NCBI GenBank assembly: GCA_964291495.2
Contig: OZ219871.1
Location: 288,001 to 352,000 of the forward strand
Reading direction: 5' to 3'
DNA length: 64,000 nucleotides
Source of the DNA: Dehalococcoidia bacterium
Lineage (GTDB): Bacteria; Chloroflexota; Dehalococcoidia; UBA2979
The notes beneath the pieces are model-generated. The model did not search any database. It was not told where the DNA came from and was given only the letters and a program-made list of their open reading frames with translations. The translations under genes were made by a program, and so were the position numbers. Shown piece by piece: positions 26,526 to 36,836 of the stretch. Within the stretch, counting starts at the first letter, position 1; every line of letters starts with the position of its first letter.

Positions 26526-28577
26526 CTAGGCCTCCGCGGCGGCCTGCAGCTCCTTGAGCACCTGCTCCTGCACATGCACCGGCACCTCGGCGTAGCGGTC
26601 GACGGCGACGGTGAAGGTGCCGCGGCCGTTGGTCATCGAGCGGAGGTCCGGGCCATAGCGCTGGATCTCGGCGAGGGGCGCCTCGCCGTGGATCACGCTG
26701 TAGTCGCCCTCGGTGTCCACGCCGTGCACCTGGCCGCGCCGGCCGTTGAGGTCGCTCATCACGTCGCCGACACGGTCGCCGGGGATGCGCACGACGAGCC
26801 GCACGATCGGCTCCAGCAGGATCGGCCGCGCATCGAGGAAGCCCTGCTTCAGCGCCTGCGAGGCGGCCAGCTTGAACGCCATCTCCGAGGAGTCCACCGA
26901 GTGCGATGAGCCGTCGAGCAGCGTCACCCGCACGTCGACGATCGGCGCGTGCGCGAGCGGGCCGTCCGGCAGCGTCTCCATCAGGCCCTTCTCGACCGCG
27001 GGGATGAACTGCCTCGGCACGTTCCCGCCGACGACCTTCTCCTCGAAGCTGAAGCCCGCGCCGCGCTCGGCCGGGTCGATCTCGATGATCACGTGGCCGT
27101 ACTGGCCGTGCCCGCCGGTCTGCTTCTTGTGCTTGTACTCGGACTTCGCCTTCGTGGTGACCGTCTCGCGGTAGGGCACCAGCGGGATGCTTACGTCGAC
27201 CTCGACGCCGTAGTTCTTCTCGAGGCGAGCGGCGGCGATATTCGCCTGCGCGTCGCCGATCGTCGACATCACCGTCTCGCTCGTGTTCGCGTCGCGCGCG
27301 ACGACGATCGTCGGATCCTGCTCGACGAGCCGCTGGAGGGCCGAGGAGAGCTTGTCGACGTCCGCCTTCGTCTTCGGGTGGAGCGCGGAGCGGAACGTCG
27401 CCTCGGGGAACGGCAGGCCGGGCACGCGCTCGCCCTGCGTGTCGCTGGCGAGGAGCGTGTCGCCGGTCATCGTCTCGGCGAGCTTGGCGGCGACGCCGAT
27501 ATCGCCTGCCGCCAGCTGAGGCGTCTCGATCTGCTCCTTGCCGCGCTGGATGAAGAGGTGGCCGAGCCGCTCGTTGGTGCGCCGGTCCGGGTTGTGCGGG
27601 TTGGCGTTCGGCGTTAGCACGCCGCTCAGCACCTTCATGAACGTCAGCCGGCCGACGAAGGGGTCCGCCGCGGTCTTGAAGACATGCACCACCAGCGGCC
27701 CGTCCGCGTCCGTGCTGCAGGAGCCGTCGACCAGCTCGTGCTCGCGGCCCAGCGGCGAGGGCAGCAGCCGCGCGACTTCGTTCATCAGCGTGCGCACGCC
27801 GACGCCGCTCACGGAGCAGACCGGCAGCACCGGCACCACGTCGCCCGCCGCCACGGCCGCGGCCAGCACCTCTGCGACGCGATCGGGCGGCAGCTCCTCG
27901 CCCTCGAGGTACAGCTCGAGCAGCTCGTCGTCGGTCTCCGCGATCGACTCGATCAGTTGCTCGCGCGCCGCCTCGATCTCGTCGGCGAGGTCGTCGGGCG
28001 CCGCGCCGGCGGTCGCGTCGGCGCCCATGCGCGCCTCGCCGCTGGCGAGGTGTACGACGCCCTCGAAGCTGTCGGCGGCGCCGATCGGGATCGCGAGCGG
28101 CACCACCTTCACGCCGAAGCGGTCGCGCATCGATTCGAGGACCTGCTGGAAGTCCGCGTGCTCGCGGTCCATCCGCGTGACGGCGATGAAGCGCGGCAGG
28201 CCGCGCGCCTCCGCCTGGCTCCAGGCCAGCTCGGCGCCGGCCTCGACGCCGCTGGAGGCGTCGACGGCGATGAGCGCCGAGTCGGCGGCGGCGAGGCCGC
28301 TGACGACCTCGCCGATGAAGTCGGCGTAGCCGGGTGTGTCGATCATGTTGAGGCGCGTGCCGGCCCACTCGACGGGGACCATGGAGAGCGAGATGGAGTA
28401 GGTGCGGGCGTGCTCCTCGGGGTCGTAGTCGGAGACGGTGTTGCCGTCCTCGACGCGGCCGAGGCGGTTGGTGACGCCGGAGGCGAAGAGCATCGCCTCG
28501 CCCAGCATCGTCTTCCCCGCCCCGCTGTGGCCCAGCAGTACGACGTTACGAAGCTGTTCGGACGTGTAGGCGTTCAT
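26526..28577 (-). CDS. fusA: Elongation factor G paralog (EF-G2-like)
   Basis: GHSGAGKT, DTPGYADF, KKQTGGHGQYG, HSVDSSEMAF, LLEP. Switch I is RTYSI and G4 is TRMD; the gene is not in an str operon. Confidence 0.9.
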   Translation of the reverse strand: MNAYTSEQLRNVVLLGHSGAGKTMLGEAMLFASGVTNRLGRVEDGNTVSDYDPEEHARTYSISLSMVPVEWAGTRLNMIDTPGYADFIGEVVSGLAAADSALIAVDASSGVEAGAELAWSQAEARGLPRFIAVTRMDREHADFQQVLESMRDRFGVKVVPLAIPIGAADSFEGVVHLASGEARMGADATAGAAPDDLADEIEAAREQLIESIAETDDELLELYLEGEELPPDRVAEVLAAAVAAGDVVPVLPVCSVSGVGVRTLMNEVARLLPSPLGREHELVDGSCSTDADGPLVVHVFKTAADPFVGRLTFMKVLSGVLTPNANPHNPDRRTNERLGHLFIQRGKEQIETPQLAAGDIGVAAKLAETMTGDTLLASDTQGERVPGLPFPEATFRSALHPKTKADVDKLSSALQRLVEQDPTIVVARDANTSETVMSTIGDAQANIAAARLEKNYGVEVDVSIPLVPYRETVTTKAKSEYKHKKQTGGHGQYGHVIIEIDPAERGAGFSFEEKVVGGNVPRQFIPAVEKGLMETLPDGPLAHAPIVDVRVTLLDGSSHSVDSSEMAFKLAASQALKQGFLDARPILLEPIVRLVVRIPGDRVGDVMSDLNGRRGQVHGVDTEGDYSVIHGEAPLAEIQRYGPDLRSMTNGRGTFTVAVDRYAEVPVHVQEQVLKELQAAAEA

Positions 28578-28721
28578 CGTGTCGGCACCCCCTGCGCGCG
28601 TGCTGGCGGCGATGGTACACCGCGCGGGCGCGCGAGGGCAGGCGGCTCAGGCCTCGGGGGCCGTGTCGGCGTGCATTGGTCTGCTGGACTGACGAAACCG
28701 CGCAAGAATACGATCGAGCCG

Positions 28722-29759
28722 ATGACCTCCGACGAGCAAACGCAACGCCTGTGGGCTGAGCCAAATCTTGCACCCACGGACGTGAAGCGCCAGCACTACG
28801 TCCCACAGATGTACCTGAGGAACTTTACGGGTGCGGGCGGGTTGCTGACCGTGCACGACCTTGATGAAGGCAGGCGTTTTGAGGCCTCCCCAAAGGATGT
28901 GGCCGTCACTAAGCGATTCTATGATCTCGGTAGTCCCCCTACCCCGATCTCGACCGAGGGCTGGCTCGCGGACATCGAGAGTGCAGCTGCACCCGCAATA
29001 GCTCGGCTAGCTGCGGACCCATCTGCGTTGGTCGAACTCACGACGGATGAAGAGTCGGCGCTCGCGCGCTTCCTAATGGCGCTCCATCTCAGGGTTCCTG
29101 CGTTTCGCAAGCGGGACCAACGCATCACGGAAGACCTCGTCGAGGACTTGAAACACCGGACGAAGCAGATGCTGAGAGGTGGCGTACTGGGTTTGGAGGG
29201 TACCGAGGCTGCCGAGGCTTGGAAGATATGGGAGTCACTTCCGGACCACTGGTGGCTCGGCCAGAGCGAGCCGCACTCAGAGGCGCAACTCACCGCAGAC
29301 ACTCTTGAGGAGACACAGGGTTTTGCCAACCTCCTCCTTGCGAAGCCGTGGAGAGCAGGCTACGTCCCGGAGGGAATGCAACTCTACACATCCGACAATC
29401 CCATGAGTGCGTGGCTGACACCAGTGCGACCTTGGTGGGAACACGGACGCCTGACAGCCCTAGACTTCTGGATCCCTCTCTCGCCCCGAGTACTCCTCCG
29501 GTTGGGGAAGAAGCGACGCTCAGCTGAGGAGCAACACGAGACTAGACTTCAGGGGCCGCGCGAGTACCGGAACTTTAGCGAATGGGAGACGTCCTTTGCT
29601 CGCCATGTAGTCACGGACAACGCCACGCGGTTCCTCTACGGCGACGCCTTCCCGGTGGACAGAGCGTGTGCAGACAGCTGTATTCGTAGCGTTGAGCGGG
29701 CGATGCTTGACACAGCGACAGAGTTGTCCGACTTCAACCCGTCGCCACCCGCGGTCTAG
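28722..29759 (+). CDS. DUF4238 domain protein
   Basis: KRQHYVPQMYLRNF, FY, YTSDNP, IPLSPRVLL. Lower GC than the flanking genes. Confidence 0.85.
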   Translation: MTSDEQTQRLWAEPNLAPTDVKRQHYVPQMYLRNFTGAGGLLTVHDLDEGRRFEASPKDVAVTKRFYDLGSPPTPISTEGWLADIESAAAPAIARLAADPSALVELTTDEESALARFLMALHLRVPAFRKRDQRITEDLVEDLKHRTKQMLRGGVLGLEGTEAAEAWKIWESLPDHWWLGQSEPHSEAQLTADTLEETQGFANLLLAKPWRAGYVPEGMQLYTSDNPMSAWLTPVRPWWEHGRLTALDFWIPLSPRVLLRLGKKRRSAEEQHETRLQGPREYRNFSEWETSFARHVVTDNATRFLYGDAFPVDRACADSCIRSVERAMLDTATELSDFNPSPPAV

Positions 29760-29780
29760 GTCCTTAAGGGCCACCCGTGG

Positions 29781-31502
29781 CTAAGCCGCGGCCCGCAGGT
29801 CCAGCACCTCAAGCTGGAGGGTGCCGCGGAAGTTGTCCTTGCTGAACGTGTAGACGATGTCCGCCGCCTCGCCGTCGGGGACGGCGTGCTCGGCGAGGCC
29901 GAAGGCGATCGCGCGCCAGGTGACACGACCCGCCTTCAGCGTGAACTGCAGGTGCGTCCCGTCATTGCCCACCACGCGGCTGTTGAGGATGCGCACCGCC
30001 CTCGAGAGGAAGCGCGGCGTCGGGTTGCCGATGCCGTGCGGACCGAGCTGCTGCAGGCGGCGCAGCAGCTCGCCGTTGACGGCGGCGAGCGGCAGCTCCG
30101 CCTCCACGTCGATCGTCGGCGTCAGGTCCTCGGCCGTCAGGTGCTCGGCGGCGTCGGCCACGAGGCGCGCGCGCAGCTCGGGCAGCCGGGACGCCTCGAT
30201 GCTGAAGCCGGCGGCGGCGCGGTGGCCGCCGTAGCGCAGGAACAGGTCGTCGTGGCGGCGCAGCAGCGCCGTGACGTCGAAGGCGTCGATCGAGCGGCAC
30301 GAGGCACGGCCCTCGCCGTCCGCGATCTGGATCGCGATCGCCGGACGGTGATGCGCCCCGACGAGCCGCCCGGCCACCAGCCCCACAATGCCCGACGAAA
30401 GCTCCTCGCTGGCGACGATCAGCAGCGGTGCGGCCAACTCGTCGGGGGTCAGCAGCCTCTCCGCCAGCTCGAGGGCGGCCGTCGTCTCCTCGCGGCGCTC
30501 GCGGTTGAGCCGGTCGAGCTCGGCGGCGAGGCGGCGCGCCTCGTCGGCGTCGTCAGTCAGCAGCAGCTCCAGCGCGGTGCGGGCGTGCGCCATCCGCCCG
30601 GCGGCGTTGAGCCGCGGGCCGAGCTGCCAGCCGCAGGTGTCGGGATCGGCCTCGGCGAGGTCGACCTTCGCCACCCCGGCGAGGGCACGCAGACCCGGCC
30701 GCTTCGAGCGCCGCAGCGCGTGGAGTCCGATGCGCACCAGGTCACGGTTCTCGCCCAACATCGGCGCGAGGTCGCAGACCGTCCCAAGGGCGACGAGCGC
30801 GCGGTGCTCCTCGGGCGATCCGTCGTGCCCTGCGCGTTCGTAGAGATGGTCGACGACCTTGTGCGCGACGCCGACGGCGGCCGGCTCCGAGCCGTATTGC
30901 GAGCCGGCGAGCTTAGGGTTGACGAGGGCGAGCGCGTCCGGCAGCAGGTCCGGCACGGTGTGGTGGTCGATCACGATCACGTCCATGCCCAGCTCGTTGG
31001 CCAGCTCCACCTCGCGCAGCGCCGAGGTGCCGCAGTCCGCCGTCACCAGCACGCTCGCGCCCTGCGCGTGCAGCGTGCGGACCGCCTGCGGGTTGGGGCC
31101 GTAGCCCTCGCTGAAGCGGTCCGGGATGTAGGGCAGCGGGCGCGCGCCGAGCTCGCGCAGGCCCTCGCTGAGAATCGTCGTCGAGGTCAGCCCGTCGACG
31201 TCGAAGTCGCCGAGGACCGCGACCGTCTCGCCGTCGGCGCAGGCGCGCTGCAGCCGCTCGACGGCGACGTCGAGGTCCGGCATCAGCGCCGGGTCCGTCA
31301 GCTCGCCCGGCTCGCCGAGGTAGGCGATCGCCTCCTCGAGGCTGCGCACGCCGCGGTGCGCGAGCAGGACGGAGATCAGGCGAGGCCACGCCGCGCCCTC
31401 GAAGGCGCCGAGGTCGGGCACGGCGCGCAGGCGCCAGCGGCGTCCGCCGGAGCCGTCGATGAGCCGTGCGCCTGTGGTCGGAGCGGTCGGGTTAGTCGTC
31501 AT
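29781..31502 (-). CDS. recJ: Single-stranded DNA-specific exonuclease RecJ
   Basis: GDFDVDGL, IPDRFSEGYG, TADCG, IDHH, PRLNAAGR, GGHRAAAG. Confidence 0.96.
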   Translation of the reverse strand: MTTNPTAPTTGARLIDGSGGRRWRLRAVPDLGAFEGAAWPRLISVLLAHRGVRSLEEAIAYLGEPGELTDPALMPDLDVAVERLQRACADGETVAVLGDFDVDGLTSTTILSEGLRELGARPLPYIPDRFSEGYGPNPQAVRTLHAQGASVLVTADCGTSALREVELANELGMDVIVIDHHTVPDLLPDALALVNPKLAGSQYGSEPAAVGVAHKVVDHLYERAGHDGSPEEHRALVALGTVCDLAPMLGENRDLVRIGLHALRRSKRPGLRALAGVAKVDLAEADPDTCGWQLGPRLNAAGRMAHARTALELLLTDDADEARRLAAELDRLNRERREETTAALELAERLLTPDELAAPLLIVASEELSSGIVGLVAGRLVGAHHRPAIAIQIADGEGRASCRSIDAFDVTALLRRHDDLFLRYGGHRAAAGFSIEASRLPELRARLVADAAEHLTAEDLTPTIDVEAELPLAAVNGELLRRLQQLGPHGIGNPTPRFLSRAVRILNSRVVGNDGTHLQFTLKAGRVTWRAIAFGLAEHAVPDGEAADIVYTFSKDNFRGTLQLEVLDLRAAA

Positions 31503-32757
31503 ACCTCCGGAACAGCAGGGAGGAGTTGTGACCGCCGAAGCCCAGGGAGTTCATCATCGCGTACTCGATGTCCACGTCGCGCGCGCCCTCGGCCACGTAG
31601 TCGAGGTCGCAGTCGGGGTCGGGGATCTCGAGGTTGCGGGTCATGTGGAGGCGCTGGTCGCGGAGCGAGAGCACCGTGACGGCGGATTCGATGCCGCCCG
31701 CCGCACCGAGGGTGTGCCCAAGCATCGACTTCGTCGAGTTGACGGGGATGCCGAGGGCGGACTCGCCGAAAACGGCCTTGATCGACATCGTCTCGAACTT
31801 GTCGTTGAGCGGCGTGCTGGTGCCGTGCGCGTTGATGTAGCCGACGTCGCTCGCGGCGACCCCGCCCTTGCGCAGGGCGATGTTCATCGCACGGGCGGCG
31901 CCCTCCCCGTTCTCCGAGGGCTGCGTGACGTGGAAGGCGTCGGCCGACTGCCCGTAGGAGACGGCCTCTGCGAGGATCGTGGCGCCGCGCGCCTTCGCGT
32001 ACTCCAGCTCCTCGAGCACCAGCGTGCCCGCGCCCTCGGCGAGCACGAAGCCGTCGCGCTTGAGGTCGAAGGGGCGCGAGGCGTGCTCGGGGTCGTCGTT
32101 GCGCTGCGTGGAGAGTGCGCGCGAGGCGTGGAAGGAGGCGAGGCCCATGCGCGTCACGCAGGCGTCGCTGCCGCCGGTGATCATCGCGAGGGCGTCCCCG
32201 CGGCGGATCACCTCGAGCGCGGTGCCGATCGCGTCGGCGCCGGAGGCGCAGGCGGAGACGGTGTTGTAGTTCGGCCCGCGCGCGCCGTAGCGGATCGAGA
32301 CCTGGCCGGCGGCCATGTCCGGGATGAAGGCAGGCACGAGGAAGGGCGAGATGCGGCTCGGCCCCTTCTCGAACATCACCTTGAACTGGTCCTCGAGCCA
32401 GGTGAGGCCGCCCATGCCCGAGCCGATCATCGCCCCGACCTCGTCGGCGATCGGCGCGATGTCCAGCCCCGACTGTTCGAGGGCGTCCTGCGTGGCGGCG
32501 ATCGAGATCTGGACGAAGCGGTCCATGCGCCGCGCGTCCTTGCGGTCCATGAAGTCGAGCGGGTTGAAGTCGGGCGCCTCGCCGGCGATGCGCGAACCGA
32601 GGTCCGAGGCGTCGCAGAGCGTGACCGGCCCGATGCCATTCTCGCCCGCGAGCAGCGCGTCCCACGTGGCCTCGCGGCCGATGCCGACGGCAGTGACGAG
32701 GCCGATGCCGGTTACGGCGACGCGGCGCGGTTCCGTCTGGCCCGCTCCCTCAGCCAT
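31492..32757 (-). CDS. fabF: Beta-ketoacyl-ACP synthase II (copy 2)
   Basis: RRVAVTGIG, VSACASG (Cys), INAHGTST, KSMLGHTLG, NSLGFGGHN. Confidence 0.94.
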   Translation of the reverse strand: MAEGAGQTEPRRVAVTGIGLVTAVGIGREATWDALLAGENGIGPVTLCDASDLGSRIAGEAPDFNPLDFMDRKDARRMDRFVQISIAATQDALEQSGLDIAPIADEVGAMIGSGMGGLTWLEDQFKVMFEKGPSRISPFLVPAFIPDMAAGQVSIRYGARGPNYNTVSACASGADAIGTALEVIRRGDALAMITGGSDACVTRMGLASFHASRALSTQRNDDPEHASRPFDLKRDGFVLAEGAGTLVLEELEYAKARGATILAEAVSYGQSADAFHVTQPSENGEGAARAMNIALRKGGVAASDVGYINAHGTSTPLNDKFETMSIKAVFGESALGIPVNSTKSMLGHTLGAAGGIESAVTVLSLRDQRLHMTRNLEIPDPDCDLDYVAEGARDVDIEYAMMNSLGFGGHNSSLLFRRYDD

Positions 32758-34016
32758 CACGCACCCTCCCAGCGCCCGAAGAGCAGGACCGAATTGTGCC
32801 CGCCGAGGCCAACCGAGGTGCTCATCGCGTGTCGCACCTCCATCGGCCGCGCCTCGTTCGGGACATAGTCGAGGTCGCACTCCGGGTCAGGCGTACGATA
32901 GTTGATTGTAGGCGGTGCGATCTGCCGATCACAGGCGAGGACCGCGACTGCCGCCTCCACCGCGCCCGCCGCGCCCATCATGTGCCCCAGCATCGACTTC
33001 GTCGAGGAGACCGCGATGCGGTCCGCATCCTCGCCGAAGACGGTGCGGATCGCCAGCGTCTCGACGCGGTCGTTGAGCGGCGTGCTCGTCCCGTGCGCGT
33101 TGAGGTAGTCGACCTCGTCCGTCGCCACGCCGGTTTCGGCGAGTACCTGCTGCATCGCGCGCACGATACCGCGGCCGTCATCGGCGGCGGCGGCCATGTC
33201 GAAGGCGTCGCTGGCCGTGGCCGCGCCCTCCCACTCGGCGTAGATGCGCGCGCCGCGCGCAAGCGCGTGCTCGAGCTCCTCGAGGATCAGCACGCTGGCG
33301 CCCTCGGAGATGACGAAGCCGTTGCGCTCGGCGTCGAACGGCCGCGAGGCCTGCGTGGGGTCGTCGTGCACGGCGAGGGCGCGCATCGCCTGGAAGCCGG
33401 CGTAGTAGATCGGCTTCAGCGGCGCCTCGAAGCCACCGGCGACGATCACATCGGCAGCGCCGCGGCGGATCATCTCCGCCGCCTCGCCGACGGCCGCGCC
33501 GCCCGTCGCGCAGGCGGCGGTGACGGCGAAGTTGGGGCCGCCTGCGCCCAGCGCGATCGAGACGAGGCCGGAGGCCGTGTCCGGCAGCATGTTGGTGATC
33601 AGGAACGGGCTCACCCGTCGCGGCCCCCGGTCGTCCAGCACCTGCTGGTTCTCGACGATCAGGTGCGCCCCGCCGATGCCCGTCCCCAGTACGATGCCGA
33701 CGCTGCCGGGAGGCTGGCTCTCCAGGTCGAGCTGCGCATCCTGCACCGCCTGCTTCGAGGCGGCGATCGCCAGCACCGAGGAGCGGTCGATGCGCCTCGC
33801 GAGCTTCGGGTCCGCGTGCTGGGCGGGGTCGAAGCCCCGCAGCTCACCGGCGATCGGGCACTCGAAGGCGGACGTGTCGAAGGCGGTGATCGGGGCGATC
33901 CCGGAGCGGCCAGCGATCATGCCGTCCCAGGTCGACTCGGTGTCGAGCCCGAGGGGCGTGAGCAGCCCCAGGCCCGTGACCGCAACCCGGCGCGGCGCCT
34001 GGGCGATCGGCGTCAT
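32757..34016 (-). CDS. fabF: Beta-ketoacyl-ACP synthase II (copy 1)
   Basis: RRVAVTGLG, TAACATG, LNAHGTST, KSMLGHMMG, TSVGLGGHN. Confidence 0.92.
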   Translation of the reverse strand: MTPIAQAPRRVAVTGLGLLTPLGLDTESTWDGMIAGRSGIAPITAFDTSAFECPIAGELRGFDPAQHADPKLARRIDRSSVLAIAASKQAVQDAQLDLESQPPGSVGIVLGTGIGGAHLIVENQQVLDDRGPRRVSPFLITNMLPDTASGLVSIALGAGGPNFAVTAACATGGAAVGEAAEMIRRGAADVIVAGGFEAPLKPIYYAGFQAMRALAVHDDPTQASRPFDAERNGFVISEGASVLILEELEHALARGARIYAEWEGAATASDAFDMAAAADDGRGIVRAMQQVLAETGVATDEVDYLNAHGTSTPLNDRVETLAIRTVFGEDADRIAVSSTKSMLGHMMGAAGAVEAAVAVLACDRQIAPPTINYRTPDPECDLDYVPNEARPMEVRHAMSTSVGLGGHNSVLLFGRWEGA

Positions 34017-35023
34017 CAGGTCTGAGGCGCCTCGAGCGCGTCCGGCGGCAGCACAGAGATCGGGATCGGCTCCACCTCCGCGTCGTCGAGCGAGACGGCG
34101 ACCACGCGGTTCGAGATGCGGCGCACCATGCGCGAGAGCACGTGCCCGGGCCCGACCTCGATGAAGGTCTGCACGCCCTGGTTCGTCATCTCGCGCACGT
34201 TGCCTTCCCAGAAGACCGGCGCGCGCAGCTGCTCGGAGAACTCCTCGCGCAGCTCCGCGGCGGTGCGCAGCGGGCGCGAGGTGCGGTTGGAGACGATCGG
34301 CCGCACAGGGTCGCTGATCGGCACGCCCTTGATGATCGCCGCGAACTCCTCGGCCTGTTCGTTGTGCAGCGGGGTGTGGCTGGAGACCTTCACCTTGAGG
34401 CGGATCACGCGGCCCTGAAGCTCGCGTGCGCGCTCCATCGCGCGCTCGAGGGCGGAGACATCGCCGCTGATCACCGTCTGCGTCTGCAAGTTGTGGTTGG
34501 CGATGTCGACGCGGTCCGCGAGAGAGCGCGTCGCGCCCTCGCAGATCTCCTCCACCAGCTCACCATCGAGGCCGATGATCGAGGCCATCCCGACGGGGCG
34601 GCCCTCGTTGAAACTGCTCATCAGGCGCGAGCGTTCCAGCACCACCAGCAGCGCGTCACGGAAGGTCAGCGCCTCGCTGGCGACGGCGGCGCCGAACAGG
34701 CCCAGCGAGTGGCCGCCGAAGAGGCGCGGCTGGATTGAGCGCCGTACCTCGGTCAGCTTCTCCCGCATGCTGCGGAAGATCGCGGTGGAGGTGGTCAGCA
34801 CCGCGGGCTGCGTGAAGCGCGTCTCCGCCAGCTCGTCGGCGTCGCCCTCGAAGCAGACGCGCGCGACGTCGATGCCGGTGACGTCGCTCGCCTCCTCGAA
34901 GGCGAGGCGCGCCTCGGCCGAGTGCTCGTGCACGAGGCGGCCCATGCCGGGCGACTGGGAGCCCTGGCCGGGGAAGACGATCGCGACCGGATCGTGGCCC
35001 ACGGAGCTAGCACTGCTGGTCAT
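34016..35023 (-). CDS. fabD: ACP S-malonyltransferase
   Basis: FPGQGSQ, TQPAV, GHSLG, SSHT, FIEVGPG. Confidence 0.9.
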   Translation of the reverse strand: MTSSASSVGHDPVAIVFPGQGSQSPGMGRLVHEHSAEARLAFEEASDVTGIDVARVCFEGDADELAETRFTQPAVLTTSTAIFRSMREKLTEVRRSIQPRLFGGHSLGLFGAAVASEALTFRDALLVVLERSRLMSSFNEGRPVGMASIIGLDGELVEEICEGATRSLADRVDIANHNLQTQTVISGDVSALERAMERARELQGRVIRLKVKVSSHTPLHNEQAEEFAAIIKGVPISDPVRPIVSNRTSRPLRTAAELREEFSEQLRAPVFWEGNVREMTNQGVQTFIEVGPGHVLSRMVRRISNRVVAVSLDDAEVEPIPISVLPPDALEAPQT

Positions 35024-35231
35024 GGCGTTCGCTCGATCCTCACGTACGGCCGCCCGCGAGCGGTCCTGCGTTGCCCGTGCAGCAGCCGTGGAGTCGGGTC
35101 GGTCATCACCGCTGGACGCCCCCCTCGCGGTTCGATTCCGCCACCGCGCCCACGCGTGTCCGGGACATGGTAGAGGTTACCTGCCTCTGCCCGTCAAGCG
35201 CATCGCGTACGGCCTCGTGAGGATTGTGCAA

Positions 35232-36800
35232 CTAGCCGTCGAGCGCCTTGCGCGTATCGGGCAGCGCGCGCAGCAAGTCCTGCGCGATCGCCGTCGAGGC
35301 GCCGACCGCCGACTCCAGCTGGCGCCCGCACTCGGTGTGCAGGTAAACACCCGTCGCAGCCGCGTCGTAGGGGTCCATTCCCTGCGCGATCAGCGAGACG
35401 ATGAAGCCCGCCAGCACGTCGCCGGTCCCGGCCGTCGCGAGGACGGCGCTGGCAAACTCGGAGAGCCGTGCCCGCCCATCCGGGTGCGCCACGATCGTGC
35501 CCGCCCCCTTGAGCACCACCACGCTGCCCGTGCGCTGCGCGTACTCCGTGGCGGCAGTGAGCCGGTCCGACTGCACCTCGTCGACGCTCGTACCCAGCAG
35601 CCGGGCCATCTCGCCCGGGTGCGGCGTGAGCACGCGAGGCATCTCGATCCCCTCGTGCCAGCCCGGGATCTCCGAGAGTGCGTTCAGCGCGTCCGCGTCG
35701 ATCACCACGGCCTGCAAGCCCGCGACGGCGTCGACGCCGTCGAGCACGCCTCGGACGAAGTCGACCGTGCCCGGCGAGTTCGTGAGGCCGGGGCCGATCA
35801 GCAGCGCCTCGCGGCCCTCGAGGGCGGCCAGCAGCTCGGCAGACGAGCCGCCGTCGGCGCCCCCGTTGGCGCCCCCGCCCGCCGGCAGCGGGTGGTGCGT
35901 GATCTCCGGCGACATACCGGCGAACAGCGGCTGGATCGACTCCGGCGCGGCCAGCACGATCAGGCCGGCTCCGGCGCGCAGCGCCGACTCCGAGGCGAGC
36001 CGCGCCGCGCCGGGGTAGAACTTCGAGCCGGCCGCGATGACGGCGGCGCCGAAGGTGCCCTTGTGTGCGTCGTCGGAGCGGAACGGCATCAGCGGCTGGA
36101 GATCGCGCATCCGGATCTCCTCGTAGGGGAGACCCTCCTCCGCGTCCTCGGGCAGCCCGATCTCGACGGGGGCGATTGTGCCGGCTATCGCGCGGGCAGG
36201 CATCGCGAACAGGCCGACCTTGGCGAAGCCGAGCGCAACCGTCGTGTCCGCGCGCACCACCGCCGGGTCCGCCATGCCCGTGTCCGGGTTCACGCCCGAC
36301 GGCACGTCGACCGCCACGAGATGCGGGCGAAGGGTGCGGTCGGCGCGCGCGTCGGCGAGGCGGTCGAGCACCTCCTTGATCGCGCCATCGATCGGGCGGC
36401 TCAGTCCGGTGCCGAGCAGCGCGTCGACGATGCCCTGCGCGCCGCGCATCGCCTGCACGAGTTGCTCGCAGCCGGGATCGTCCGCCGCCGAGAGCACCTC
36501 GATCTCCGCATCGATGACGCGCTGCAGTAGCGGATCGTCGGCCGGGCGGTCGCCCACGAGGTAGACGGCGGACTCGGCGCCCCAATCCTTGAGGCTCACG
36601 GCAGCGACGAGTCCGTCGCCGCCGTTGGAGCCCGGCCCCACGAGGACGATCGCAGTGCGGCCCTCGACGGCGCCCATGTTGATCCAGGTCTCCTGGGCGA
36701 CGGCGACGCCCGCCGCCTCCATCAGCTCCGCCTCGCTCGTGCCCGCCGCGACGGCGGCCGCCTCCAGGGCGCGCATCTGCTCGACCGTGACCAGCTTCAT
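35232..36800 (-). CDS. nnr: Bifunctional NAD(P)H-hydrate epimerase/dehydratase
   Basis: LMEAAG, GSNGGDG, DALLGTG, HKGTFG, IGPGL, LTPHPGE, AGTGDVLAG. Confidence 0.94.
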   Translation of the reverse strand: MKLVTVEQMRALEAAAVAAGTSEAELMEAAGVAVAQETWINMGAVEGRTAIVLVGPGSNGGDGLVAAVSLKDWGAESAVYLVGDRPADDPLLQRVIDAEIEVLSAADDPGCEQLVQAMRGAQGIVDALLGTGLSRPIDGAIKEVLDRLADARADRTLRPHLVAVDVPSGVNPDTGMADPAVVRADTTVALGFAKVGLFAMPARAIAGTIAPVEIGLPEDAEEGLPYEEIRMRDLQPLMPFRSDDAHKGTFGAAVIAAGSKFYPGAARLASESALRAGAGLIVLAAPESIQPLFAGMSPEITHHPLPAGGGANGGADGGSSAELLAALEGREALLIGPGLTNSPGTVDFVRGVLDGVDAVAGLQAVVIDADALNALSEIPGWHEGIEMPRVLTPHPGEMARLLGTSVDEVQSDRLTAATEYAQRTGSVVVLKGAGTIVAHPDGRARLSEFASAVLATAGTGDVLAGFIVSLIAQGMDPYDAAATGVYLHTECGRQLESAVGASTAIAQDLLRALPDTRKALDG

Positions 36801-36836
36801 GGGTGTGTCCCCTCGTTGCGCCCTCGCGCGTCCGGC

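Noticed and set aside
35058-35152. tRNA-like T-arm GCGG-TTCGATT-CCGC between nnr and fabD
   Set aside because: Only a 4-bp stem, with no convincing D or anticodon arm and wrong spacing to a possible acceptor stem. Probably chance.
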